Assembly (NCBI GenBank): GCA_038324265.1
Contig: JBBQHU010000010.1
Coordinates: 1,843 to 65,842 of the forward strand
Reading direction: 5' to 3'
DNA length: 64,000 nucleotides
Source: Micropepsales bacterium
GTDB taxonomy: Bacteria > Pseudomonadota > Alphaproteobacteria > Micropepsales > Micropepsaceae
A model generated the notes under the pieces. The model worked only from the letters and a program-made list of their open reading frames with translations. It was not told the origin of the DNA and searched no databases. Shown piece after piece: positions 8,435-17,684 of this stretch; the stretch's first letter is position 1, and each line of letters opens with the position of its first letter. Both the position numbers and the translations under genes were made by a program.

Positions 8435-9145
8435 ATGAAGCACAAGAATTCGCATCTCCTGGTGGGTTACTGGAGTCGGCTGCGCAAAGGCCGCGACGTG
8501 CCCGACCAGACCGACATCGATCCGCGCGCCATCAAGCGCCTGCTGTCCTATACGTTCATTCTGGATTGCGAAAATCCCGCTCGCCCCGTTTACCGTCTTG
8601 CCGGTACTGCGCTGTGCGAACGCTTCGGTTTTGAACTGAAAGGCACCAGCTTTCTCGCCCACTGGGAATCCCAGTCCGGCCTTTCGCTGGCTTCCCTGCT
8701 GCGCCAGTCGCTGAAGGCCTGCCAGCCGGTATGCCTTTCCTCCATCGCTGCCACTGCCGACAACGGCATGGTCGAGCTGGAAACCATTCTAACCCCGGTC
8801 TCCTTCAACGGCGGTCAGCCGACACGCTTCTTCGGCATGGTGCAGATGCTGAGCGATCCGACCCCGCTGCTGGGCCGTTCCATTGCCTATGAACGCCTGG
8901 TGGGTTCGCAGCTGATCCAGGAAGACGAACCGCTTCCCCAGTCCGACCAGAACCAGCCTCCGCCGCCCCCGCCGCCTCCGCCGTCGCTGCGTGCGCATCC
9001 CAAGGCGCCGTATCTGCGGCTCGTGTCCTCGCAGGAAAGCCCCGCCTTCCTGCATTTCGGTTCAGGCGATCTGCTGCAGAAGATGTTTGATGTGATCGGT
9101 CGCTGGCGTGCCGCCAACAGCCAGGACTATAGCCGCTTTATCTAG
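8435..9145 (+). CDS. PAS_5 (DUF1457-type) domain protein
   Basis: MKH...YWSRLRKGRDVPDQTDIDPRAIKRLL...YRLAGTALCERFGFELKG is the typical alphaproteobacterial PAS_5 signature; start reassigned from 8342 to ATG 8435. Confidence 0.8.
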   Translation: MKHKNSHLLVGYWSRLRKGRDVPDQTDIDPRAIKRLLSYTFILDCENPARPVYRLAGTALCERFGFELKGTSFLAHWESQSGLSLASLLRQSLKACQPVCLSSIAATADNGMVELETILTPVSFNGGQPTRFFGMVQMLSDPTPLLGRSIAYERLVGSQLIQEDEPLPQSDQNQPPPPPPPPPSLRAHPKAPYLRLVSSQESPAFLHFGSGDLLQKMFDVIGRWRAANSQDYSRFI

Positions 9146-9507
9146 CGAGGCGGCGTCGTGGTGGACGGTGTGTTGAGGTCCTGACGCTGCGCAGCAGGGT
9201 CGTTCTTCAGCGGATTGTCCACCGGGTCGGCACGCAGGATATCGCGGTCCAGCCGCGCGGCCGATGCCTTCTGCTGCAGATAGGGAATCTCATAGGCCTC
9301 GACCTTGGCGCGATACGCCTCGAAGGTGGCTTCGTCCTGGGCCGTGCGCTTGTCGCAACGTTCCGCCGGCAGGCCCGCCTGTTCCTGGCACCACAGGTCG
9401 AAATTCATCTCCTGCACACGGTAGTTGCTGTTGCGCTGGGCCGATGCCGGAGTCAGGGCCGGTGCGGCGGCGATCAGGGCAGCGATGACCAGGAGAGCTT
9501 TGTTCAT
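9142..9507 (-). CDS. Hypothetical secreted protein with a Cys pair
   Basis: Signal peptide MNKALLVIAALIAAAPALTPASA; WCQEQ...ERC; good codon bias. Confidence 0.7.
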   Translation of the reverse strand: MNKALLVIAALIAAAPALTPASAQRNSNYRVQEMNFDLWCQEQAGLPAERCDKRTAQDEATFEAYRAKVEAYEIPYLQQKASAARLDRDILRADPVDNPLKNDPAAQRQDLNTPSTTTPPR

Positions 9508-9548
9508 GGCTGCAAGGTTAGGCGTTTTGCGCCGCCGGCCATAGCCAC

Positions 9549-9588
9549 AAAAAAGCAACGGCCCCGCTCTTTTTGAGGAGCAGGGCCG
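9549..9588 (-). terminator. Rho-independent terminator after the OmpA-family gene
   Basis: Minus strand CGGCCCTGCTC...GAGCGGGGCCG hairpin followed by TTGCTTTTTT. Confidence 0.65.
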
Positions 9589-9612
9589 CGCCGAAGTCTC
9601 TTAACGGTACGA

Positions 9613-10551
9613 TCAGGGCTGAAGCGTAATCACCGTGCGGCGGTTTTGGGCTTCCTTGACGCCGTCCTCGGTCTGGACGGCGAGGTCGGTTTCGCCCACG
9701 CCGCTGGCATGCAGGGCGGCGCGGCGCGCGCCCATGTCCACCAGTGCCTCGACGACCACATTGGCCCGGTGCACCGACAGTCTCTGGTTATAGGCATTGT
9801 CGCCGGAGGTGTCTGTGTGGCCCACCACACTGATGTTGGTCTGGCCGCCGGTGCGGGCGGTGGTGATCACATCGGTCAGAACCTTCAGCTGCTCGGCCTT
9901 GAGGGTCCAGGAGTCGAAGTCGAAATAGACCGTGAAATCGTTGCTGGCAGCAACCGGCGCGGGCGCCGGGGCAGGGGGCGGCGGCACAAAGGCCGGGGGC
10001 GCCGGGCGGGCGGCGGTTTCCAGCCGCAGCAGAGAGGTGTCCAGCGAGGACTTGCAGGCTTGGCTGGCGGCAGCGGCGCTGGGCACGGTGCCGTACAGGA
10101 TCCAGCAGTCGTAATCGGCCTGGGCGCGGGCGGCCTGTTCGGGGAACTTGTCCTTGCCATTGGCGAGCGCATTGGTCAGGCGGCCGCGGATGCCGGCGGC
10201 AACCTGGTCCGGGGCGGCTTCGGGTTCCGGCTCGCTGCCGGCCGCGGCCATGTCGGCCTTGGCCTGGAATGCCTTGGCCAGCAGGTCGCTGGAAGTGTCA
10301 CTGCCGCCGAAAAGATCGAACGACCAGAAGGAACTTTCCTCGGCCGCGTCGGCGGGAAGGCTGGCCGCTTGGGCGGCCAAATCGCCGTAATTCTTGCTCA
10401 GGGCCTGGGTAAAGGGCGAGCCGGCGGGGACGTCCATCGCATCGCTGTCGTCAAACATGGAACAGCCTGCGACGCCGACGGCAAGGATGCTGGCGGCGGC
10501 AAGCATGGCAAGGCGGCGGCCAGTGCCGCGAAAATCGGCGAGAAAGCGCAT
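9613..10551 (-). CDS. OmpA-family peptidoglycan-binding lipoprotein
   Basis: Lipobox VAGC; Pro-rich linker; C-terminal VYFDFDS...VGHTDTSGDNAYNQRLSVHRA...QNRR. Confidence 0.88.
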   Translation of the reverse strand: MRFLADFRGTGRRLAMLAAASILAVGVAGCSMFDDSDAMDVPAGSPFTQALSKNYGDLAAQAASLPADAAEESSFWSFDLFGGSDTSSDLLAKAFQAKADMAAAGSEPEPEAAPDQVAAGIRGRLTNALANGKDKFPEQAARAQADYDCWILYGTVPSAAAASQACKSSLDTSLLRLETAARPAPPAFVPPPPAPAPAPVAASNDFTVYFDFDSWTLKAEQLKVLTDVITTARTGGQTNISVVGHTDTSGDNAYNQRLSVHRANVVVEALVDMGARRAALHASGVGETDLAVQTEDGVKEAQNRRTVITLQP

Positions 10552-10784
10552 ATCTAGATCCCTGGCTGGCGGCTCGATCCCACAGGGCCCCAGCCCCTGG
10601 CGTCACCGCAAACTTTGCGCAACTCCTATAGCGCGGGGGAACCGTCTGAAAAAGGCCCCCGTCCCAAAATGGTTTCCAGACGGAAAAACCCTGAAATTCC
10701 GTGAATCTGCGCCCCGCCGGTAACCTCCTGTTGACCTAGACGGGGGTAAAAGATGGTTGGGACATTAACAATTGGGGCAGGTCC

Positions 10785-11420
10785 GTGCAGGGCTTGGCAT
10801 TGGCCATGAAGGATGCGGAACCGGTCGTCGCCAAATCTGGCGCCGAGCGTCGGCGCTTCCGGCGCGTAAAGCTGGACATGCCTGGCCGGCTGTTCGTGCC
10901 GTCTGACGCGCGCGAAGCCCGCTGCACCATTACCGACCTTTCTCCCGGCGGCGCGGCGATTGCCTGCGAGACAGTTCCCGACGCCGGTACGTCCGTCGTT
11001 ATCTATGTCGATGGCTTCGGCCGCTTCGAAGGCACGGTTGCCCGCCGCGACGGCTATGGCTTCGGTGTCTCTTTTGTCTGCACACCCTCCAAGCGCGAGC
11101 GCACCGCCGAACAGCTCATCCTGTTCATGAACAAGTCCCTTGTGGACGAGACCGTCCTGCGCCGCCATGAGCGCCAGAGCCAGAAAGGCTTTGCCAAGTT
11201 CACCCGGGCCGACGGCACCATCACCCAGTGCGAGGTGATGGACATCTCCGTCGGGGGCGTCTCGCTCAAGACCGATGTCAAGCCGCCGATCGGCGAGTTC
11301 GTGCTGATTGCCCAGATGGCCGGCAAGGTCGCCCGTCATCACAGCGACGGCATCGGCATCCAGTTCGTGGGCCAGGAAAAGGCCGCCGAACCGCAGTTGA
11401 ACATCAACGTCGTTCGCTAG
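10785..11420 (+). CDS. Tandem PilZ-domain c-di-GMP receptor
   Basis: RRRFRR + DLSPGG and RRHER + DISVGG (RxxxR and DxSxxG motifs twice); start may be ATG 10806. Confidence 0.85.
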   Translation: MQGLALAMKDAEPVVAKSGAERRRFRRVKLDMPGRLFVPSDAREARCTITDLSPGGAAIACETVPDAGTSVVIYVDGFGRFEGTVARRDGYGFGVSFVCTPSKRERTAEQLILFMNKSLVDETVLRRHERQSQKGFAKFTRADGTITQCEVMDISVGGVSLKTDVKPPIGEFVLIAQMAGKVARHHSDGIGIQFVGQEKAAEPQLNINVVR

Positions 11421-11780
11421 CCGCCGTCTCGCGATTTCGAACTTCGCCAGTGCAATCGCGCGGCGCACGTCGCGCAGCAGCGCGCGCGTTTCGGCGCGGA
11501 TTGCGGACAAGGTGGGGAAAGGCTTTCGCGCATTGGCGTTGCCCGGCTGGCCGCCGCGCTTCCTTCGCGCAATGATTCCAGTCCTTTGCCGATTATTCGT
11601 TTTGACGCTTTTCGCGCGCCCCTCCCCCCCGGGGCAGGGGACAAGGGGTGGACTGGGCGGGCGATGCGATATGTCTTGGCTTCGTCATGCGCGCATTCTA
11701 CCGCACGGCGAAGGTGTGGGGATAAGTTGTAATGTCTGGAAAGCCGCTATGCGGCCCGCGGGATCACCGCAGGCCGGGCA

Positions 11781-12275
11781 TCAGCGGCAATAATGCCGAT
11801 AACCGTCATAGCCCAGATAGGTGCCGCTGCTGCGATCAAAGGATCTGTAGCGGCGCTCGCAACTCGCAATCCACTGGCGGTCGCTCATGCGCGAACGGGC
11901 ATAGTCGCGGTCGTTGCTGGAACCGGCGATGGCCGCGCCCAGCACCAGGCCGAGGAATCCGGCCGCGATGGCGGAGCTGTTGTCGCGGCGATAGCCGCCA
12001 TAGTTGCGGTTGTAATAGCCGCGGCCGTGGCGACGGTCCCAATAGCTGCGGTCGCGGAACGCGTCCCGGTTATTGCCCGGGCGGCCATAAGTGTTGTTTC
12101 GATTGTTCCGACGATCGCGGATTTCATAAAGCCGCCCATCCGATTGGGCGCCGTTCTGGCCAGCCATATAGTTCAGCGGCTGCATTTGCTGGTGGACCGG
12201 TCGTGCTGCGGCGGGCAATCCGGTGCCAGAGAGGGTCATCAAGGCGATAAGGGCGGCGGCGCAAGTTCTGCGCAT
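11781..12275 (-). CDS. BA14K family secreted protein
   Basis: Signal peptide; R/N/Y-rich middle; GFLGLVLGAAIA; C-terminal WIASCERRYRSFDRSSGTYLGYDGYRHYC; GGAG RBS before ATG 12275. Confidence 0.88.
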   Translation of the reverse strand: MRRTCAAALIALMTLSGTGLPAAARPVHQQMQPLNYMAGQNGAQSDGRLYEIRDRRNNRNNTYGRPGNNRDAFRDRSYWDRRHGRGYYNRNYGGYRRDNSSAIAAGFLGLVLGAAIAGSSNDRDYARSRMSDRQWIASCERRYRSFDRSSGTYLGYDGYRHYCR

Positions 12276-12328
12276 GGGATTGCTCCGTTCTGTTGGGTTG
12301 GGTGGGCGGGCGACCTGCGGCAGGAAAC

Positions 12329-12913
12329 CTACATCGGCATTACCATGCCGCGCTTGCCGACCTTCTGCGCTTCGCCCGTCAGCTTTGCGGTGATGTAGTG
12401 GACGGCGAAGCTGGCGAAGTCCTGCCCGCCGGTCCAGAAATGCGCCGTGTGCGGTTCGAAGCGCATCAGCACTGCGTCGCCGGTTTCGGGGCCCTGCGGG
12501 AAGTGAATATCGGCATGGCTGTCCCACAGCTTTTCCATCATGCCGCGGTCTTCGCTGAGCGAGGCCATGCCGTTGAAGGCGATATGGTCGCCTTCGCCGC
12601 CATTGGAAAATGTGACCAGCATCGACTTGGCGCTTTCGCCCTTGGCGACAAGGTTGTTTTGGCGCGGCAGGATGAACCAGATGACATTGCTGTCGTCCTG
12701 GAAGCGGGCACGGACGGGCCGGGTGCCGGGCTTGTCCGCCTGGGGCTGCGCCGTTCCATTCTGCGGGCCATTCTGCAGGCCATTTTGCGGACCATCAAGT
12801 TCGACCATCATGGTGGCGCGCGTGGAGATCATTGCGACCTTGATGGACTTGGCCAGTTGCCAGACGCGGGTTGCGTTGCGGGCCATGTCTTCACTGGGGA
12901 ATGTGGTGTTCAT
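12329..12913 (-). CDS. General stress protein 26 / pyridoxamine 5'-phosphate oxidase-like FMN-binding protein
   Basis: VWQLAKSIKVAMIST...RPV...IWF...KLWD...FPQGP...AHFW pattern. Confidence 0.7.
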   Translation of the reverse strand: MNTTFPSEDMARNATRVWQLAKSIKVAMISTRATMMVELDGPQNGLQNGPQNGTAQPQADKPGTRPVRARFQDDSNVIWFILPRQNNLVAKGESAKSMLVTFSNGGEGDHIAFNGMASLSEDRGMMEKLWDSHADIHFPQGPETGDAVLMRFEPHTAHFWTGGQDFASFAVHYITAKLTGEAQKVGKRGMVMPM

Positions 12914-12978
12914 GTGGTGTGCCTTTCAAACGGGTTTCGAGACGGGCGGGTTTCGAGAGGGGGTTCTGAGGGTGTTCG

Positions 12979-13122
12979 TCAGCTGGCGAACAGATTCCAG
13001 ATCACCATGCCGGCCACCGTTGCCAGCACCAGGCTGATGCCCAGCACGTAGCGCATGGTGCCAAACTTGACGCCCTGCGTGGCGGCGGTTTCCGACAGTG
13101 TCGTGCGGTTTTCGTTGTTCAT
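12979..13122 (-). CDS. Small single-TM protein (47 aa)
   Basis: MNNENRTTLSETAATQGVKFGTMRYVLGISLVLATVAGMVIWNLFAS; resembles alphaproteobacterial small proteins with an xQGxxxxxxRYVL motif. Confidence 0.65.
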   Translation of the reverse strand: MNNENRTTLSETAATQGVKFGTMRYVLGISLVLATVAGMVIWNLFAS

Positions 13123-13382
13123 TGGCTCTCTTTCGCTTTCTTTTCTGGTTCTTTTTGGCCGCAGCGCGGTGCGAGGGCACAAGCGCCAGCCAACCAGCAA
13201 GCGGGTTCACGCAAAAGGTGAATTGCTGAGCTTCGCGGAGCGATTGCTCGCTCCCGTGTATAGGGAACGTGTCACGGGGTGTTTCGATCCCCCGAAGTGC
13301 GCGCAAGCGAGAAGGCAGACAAAATTCAGCATTTGGCCGCTAAGCTGGGTACGCACGATTCCCCTTTTTCGAAGGCCCTTTC

Positions 13383-15518
13383 ATGCCTCTATTCGCAGTG
13401 GCGATCTTCACCAGCGCTTTCCTGCTGTTCTGGGTCCAGCCGCTGTTCGCCAAGATGATCCTGCCGCTTTTGGGCGGATCGCCCGCTGTGTGGGCCACGG
13501 CGATGATGTTCTTCCAGCTGGTGCTGCTGGCGGGCTATGGCTATGCGCATCTGCTGACCCGTCGTATTCCAAGTTTGCGCGGGCAGGTTGCGGTCCATGC
13601 GGTTGTGGTCGCCATTGGGCTCGCATTTCTGCCCTTTGCGCTGCCCGCATCCGTGGTGCCGCCATCCGGCGGTTCACCTATTGGGTGGCTGGTAGGTGTC
13701 CTGGCGATGCGGGTGGGCTGGCCCTTCTTTGCGCTGTCGGCGTCGGCGCCGCTGCTGCAGGCCTGGTTCGCGCGCGGCCGCCCCGGTCGCGATCCCTATA
13801 TCCTGTATGCGGCCAGCAATGCGGGGAGCCTGCTCGCCCTGCTGGCCTTTCCCGTGCTGCTGGAGCCGTCGCTGACACTTGCGGGCCAAAGCCATTCCTG
13901 GCGGCTGGGTTATTTCGGTCTTCTGGTCATCCTGGCGGCAATCGCGCTGGTGCTGCTGCGCCGCAAGACGTTGGCGCCTGTGGCGCTGCGCGAAACGGCT
14001 GGTGGCTGGCGGCAACGCCTGACCTGGATCCTTCTGGCGTTTGTCCCGTCCAGCCTGCTTCTGGGCGTCACCACCCACATCACCACCGATGTCGCGTCCG
14101 CGCCCCTGTTCTGGGTGGTGCCGTTTGCGCTGTATCTTGTCACCTTCATCATCGCCTTCGCCCGGCCCATTGCGCGTGAGGGGCTGCTCAAGGCCCATGC
14201 CGCCGGCATCATCGCCATTGCGGCCGTGACCTTGCTGACCGTGGTGTTCGCGCTGGGCGGATCGGTGGCGGTGACGGTGGGGCTGCATCTTTTCACCTTC
14301 TTTGTCACGGCGCTGCTCTGCCATGCCGAGTTGGCGCGGCGGCGGCCCGCAGTGTCGGGCCTCACCAGCTTTTACTTCTGCATGTCCATCGGCGGGGCAC
14401 TGGGCGGGGTGTTCAATGCACTGGTGGCACCAGCGATCTTTTCGTCCGACGTGGAATATTACCTGGCGCTGGTGGCGTCCTGCGCCCTGCGCCTGTTCAT
14501 GACCGAGCACCGCGCGAAGTTCACGCTGCGCGACGTGGCCATGCCGCTGGCGCTGGGCGGTGTGGTGGCGGCGGTGGCGTGGCATTCGGTGGACGCCACG
14601 CCCTACAGCATGACGGGGCGCATGCTGTTCCTGCTGCCGGTGGCGCTGGCGCTGTATTATTTCTCGCAGGCGCCGCTGCGCTTTGCGCTGGGCGTGGCGG
14701 CGGTGCTGGGGGCGGCGGTCATGGTGCAGGGTTCGGTGGATGTGCTGGCGTCGGAGCGCAGCTTCTTTGGCATCAACCGGGTCAAGCTGCTGGACCATGG
14801 CAGCAAGACCGCGCTGGTGCATGGCACCACCGTGCATGGCCTGGAGTTCACCGATCCGGCGCACTGGCGTGACCCGCTGGCCTATTATGCCCGCGTCGGC
14901 CCGGTGGGCCAGATGTTCGTGGCCGATCACCCGCGTGCGCGCGCCGCGCTGGTGGGGCTGGGGACCGGGGCGCTGGCCTGTTATCGCCCGCCGGGCGCCG
15001 ACTGGACATTCTTTGAGATTGATGGCGCCGTGGTGCGGCTGGCGCGCGACACGCGCTATTTTCATTATCTGCAGCAATGTCCGGGTTCGAAGGTCGTGCT
15101 GGGGGACGGGCGGTTGTTGCTGAAGGCGGCGGCGGACCGGTCCTATGACCTGATCGTGATTGATGCCTTCAGTTCGGATTCCATTCCCACGCACCTGCTG
15201 ACCCGCGAGGCCTTTTCGCTGTACCTGAAGAAGCTCAGGCCGCATGGCGTCATCCTGTTCAATCTCAGCAACAAGTATCTGAAGCTGGGGCCGGTGCTGG
15301 GGACGGTGGTGGACAGCGTTCATGCCCATGGCCGGCGACTGCTGTTCTATCCATCGCAGGCACAAAGTGCGCTCGGCGCATCGGGATCGGAATGGATGGT
15401 GATTGCCGCTGAAAAGGCCGACCTGGATTTGGTGAACTGGCCGGTGACGCATGCCGAGCCGGGGGCCGCGCCCTGGACCGACGACTTCTCCAATATCTTC
15501 CACGTCATCCAGTGGTAG
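13383..15518 (+). CDS. Fused membrane domain / spermidine-synthase-like SAM-dependent transferase
   Basis: Multi-TM N-terminus (SAFLLFWVQP, LYAASNAGSL); C-terminal VGLGTG, FEID, GDGR, DAFSSDSIP, WTDDFSN. Confidence 0.85.
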   Translation: MPLFAVAIFTSAFLLFWVQPLFAKMILPLLGGSPAVWATAMMFFQLVLLAGYGYAHLLTRRIPSLRGQVAVHAVVVAIGLAFLPFALPASVVPPSGGSPIGWLVGVLAMRVGWPFFALSASAPLLQAWFARGRPGRDPYILYAASNAGSLLALLAFPVLLEPSLTLAGQSHSWRLGYFGLLVILAAIALVLLRRKTLAPVALRETAGGWRQRLTWILLAFVPSSLLLGVTTHITTDVASAPLFWVVPFALYLVTFIIAFARPIAREGLLKAHAAGIIAIAAVTLLTVVFALGGSVAVTVGLHLFTFFVTALLCHAELARRRPAVSGLTSFYFCMSIGGALGGVFNALVAPAIFSSDVEYYLALVASCALRLFMTEHRAKFTLRDVAMPLALGGVVAAVAWHSVDATPYSMTGRMLFLLPVALALYYFSQAPLRFALGVAAVLGAAVMVQGSVDVLASERSFFGINRVKLLDHGSKTALVHGTTVHGLEFTDPAHWRDPLAYYARVGPVGQMFVADHPRARAALVGLGTGALACYRPPGADWTFFEIDGAVVRLARDTRYFHYLQQCPGSKVVLGDGRLLLKAAADRSYDLIVIDAFSSDSIPTHLLTREAFSLYLKKLRPHGVILFNLSNKYLKLGPVLGTVVDSVHAHGRRLLFYPSQAQSALGASGSEWMVIAAEKADLDLVNWPVTHAEPGAAPWTDDFSNIFHVIQW

Positions 15519-16307
15519 CTAGAAGCGATAGCCGATCATGGTCATCGCCGTCACGTTGGTATCGTCAAGGCTGATGGGGCTGCGGGCAGCGGGGCCCATC
15601 AGGCGCACCACGCTGGCATTGCCGCCGACAAACCAATGGCGGTTCAGGTTGTAAATCAGCGTAGCGCCGCCGCGCACATCCTTCACGCCGGCACCGGCGC
15701 TGAAGACAGGGAAGGCCGAGGCGAGGGCCTGGGGCGCGGTGACCCCGAAATAGGCCTGGGTATAGTTGCCGTTGGCCCAGCTGGCGCGGACATTGGGAAT
15801 GAGAATCAGCTTTGGCGTCAGTGGCAGGGCCAGCGAGAGGCCGAGATTGGCCAGGATGCCGGAATTCTGGGCTCCGGTGAACTTGGTGCCCGACAGTTCG
15901 ACCCCCAGTGGTCCCAATCTATATTCCGCAAAGGCGCGCAGGCCCAACGCCGCATCGATCGTTCCCAGCCCCCGCAGTCGGTCGTCGCCGCTGTCAAAAA
16001 TGCCGCCGGTGCTGTGATCCTTGCGGCCCGGGTCAAAAGTGAGGCCGCCGCCGATGCGCAGGTGTTTGTTGTGCCATGCGGCGCTGAGCCCGCCTTCGCC
16101 GAAGGAAATGGTATCGCGCCACTTGACCGTGACCAGCGGCAAAGGTCGAAACCGCGAACGGTCGCTGCCTTCGAAGGTGGGGCGCAACATGCCGGCGGCG
16201 CCAATGCTGATGTCCCAGTCGCGGGGCGGCCCGCTCGCGCGTTGGGCCAGGGCAGGGCTGCACGCCAGAAGGGCGCATGCCGCGATGGTCGGGAGGAGAA
16301 TTTTCAC
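15519..16307 (-). CDS. MipA/OmpV family outer-membrane protein
   Basis: Signal peptide; PTFEGSD; LRGLG; YFGV; terminal YRF. Confidence 0.85.
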   Translation of the reverse strand: MKILLPTIAACALLACSPALAQRASGPPRDWDISIGAAGMLRPTFEGSDRSRFRPLPLVTVKWRDTISFGEGGLSAAWHNKHLRIGGGLTFDPGRKDHSTGGIFDSGDDRLRGLGTIDAALGLRAFAEYRLGPLGVELSGTKFTGAQNSGILANLGLSLALPLTPKLILIPNVRASWANGNYTQAYFGVTAPQALASAFPVFSAGAGVKDVRGGATLIYNLNRHWFVGGNASVVRLMGPAARSPISLDDTNVTAMTMIGYRF

Positions 16308-16347
16308 GTCAGAAACCTAGGGTATCGCGGCGGGTTCGCCTAATCGC

Positions 16348-16914
16348 TCAGGCCATCATCATCTGCGCGCGGTAGCGACGCTTGCCAGCAAATTTCATGC
16401 AGGAAAACTGGATCAGGAACAGTGCGATCTTGCTGCCGGTGCCCCATAACGACATGACGATGCCCCACATTTCCACGCTGCAGGTCAGCGCCAGCACCAG
16501 GTTGAGCACCGCCGAGAAGAACATCATCGCGGCCCAGACATAGCCAAAGGCGATGCCCAGGTCGGGCACATACTGGATGGCGCGCGGCGGCAGGTAACGC
16601 ATCATCCAGCCCCGCTGCATCATCGCCCAGGCCACCGCCAGATAGATGACGGTGGGCTTGAGCATCACGAAAACGGGGTTCTGGGTGAGATAGCTGGCGG
16701 TGCCGGAGGCGAGCACCAGCAACAGGCTGATCCATTGCAGGGCATCGATCTTCTGGCGCCGGATTAGCCGCCAGCCGATCTGCACGACGGCGAGCGCCAC
16801 GCCCACGCCCACCGACAAGGTGACATTGTGGGTCAGGGCATAGAGCGCCACGAAGAAGATGGTGGAAGCGAGATCCGCCGCCAGGGCGCGGCCGGCAAAG
16901 AAAAATTCTTTCAT
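16348..16914 (-). CDS. YciB/IspZ-like inner-membrane protein (second paralog)
   Basis: 5 TM segments; NPVFVMLKPTVIY resembles YciB FIKxKPT; W...FF...LN. Confidence 0.7.
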   Translation of the reverse strand: MKEFFFAGRALAADLASTIFFVALYALTHNVTLSVGVGVALAVVQIGWRLIRRQKIDALQWISLLLVLASGTASYLTQNPVFVMLKPTVIYLAVAWAMMQRGWMMRYLPPRAIQYVPDLGIAFGYVWAAMMFFSAVLNLVLALTCSVEMWGIVMSLWGTGSKIALFLIQFSCMKFAGKRRYRAQMMMA

Positions 16915-16926
16915 TGCACGTCAGCC

Positions 16927-17616
16927 TTACAGGACGTTGTCGTTGTAGAGCGTGGGTTCGACGATGCCAAGTTCGCGGCGCACATCGCTCAGTTGGCGCG
17001 ACAGCAGGGCTTCGAAATCCAGGTTGTGAAAAGGCTGCGACAGGATGCCGTTTCGCCAAGCCTGTTTGACCGCGCTGCGGGCGGCCTTGGGCAGGCGTGA
17101 CCAAGACATCGCCACAATCAGCGCCTGGCCGAGATTTTTGGAATGGCGGTACATGTAGGCCAGCAGGCACAACTCGCCCAAGGGGTCGCGGCCGTATCCG
17201 GTGAGAATGTGGGTGAGGTCATGGGCGTCGCGCATGCGGTTGCGGAAAAGCTGCGCGTCGGGCGGCAACGGCTCGTTCTCCCAGTCCTGCGAAGCCTGCA
17301 CCAGGCCATCGGCGGATAGTTTTTCGGTGTCCATGAAGTCGAAATAGGCGCGGCCCATGCTCCCGGCGGGCAGGGCGGCCAGGCTGTTGCGATCTTCCAG
17401 CACCGCAAGCAGCGAGCGCTGTTCGCGCAGTATGCGTGCACCGGTGGGGCTGGCCTTGAAGCGCTCGAAGGTGCGGACGCCCGAACGGCCGCGCAGGGCG
17501 CGGAAGATCACGAAGATCTGGCGGGTGTCCTCGCCATTGGCCATCAGGGCGCGCACGGCCCGGATGGCGGTGAGGGGGTGCAGGCTTGTGTCGTTTGCGA
17601 ACGCGGTGGTGGTCAT
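16927..17616 (-). CDS. Coq4 family protein
   Basis: LAALPAGSMGRAY and HDLTH-x11-E zinc motif; AGAGG RBS before ATG 17616. Confidence 0.85.
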   Translation of the reverse strand: MTTTAFANDTSLHPLTAIRAVRALMANGEDTRQIFVIFRALRGRSGVRTFERFKASPTGARILREQRSLLAVLEDRNSLAALPAGSMGRAYFDFMDTEKLSADGLVQASQDWENEPLPPDAQLFRNRMRDAHDLTHILTGYGRDPLGELCLLAYMYRHSKNLGQALIVAMSWSRLPKAARSAVKQAWRNGILSQPFHNLDFEALLSRQLSDVRRELGIVEPTLYNDNVL

Positions 17617-17629
17617 GGCAGAACCTCTA

Positions 17630-17669
17630 TTGACAGGACTGTTATTACAACTACCTACAGTATTGTCAA
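17630..17669. promoter_or_regulatory. Inverted repeat (TetR operator / back-to-back -35 boxes)
   Basis: TTGACAggACTGT ... ACAGTatTGTCAA between divergent coq4-like and tetR genes. Confidence 0.6.
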
Positions 17670-17684
17670 CAGTGAGGTAAGCCA

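Noticed and set aside
8958-8983. CCG-rich tract as a phase-variation site
   Set aside because: Encodes an in-frame poly-Pro linker with mixed codons.
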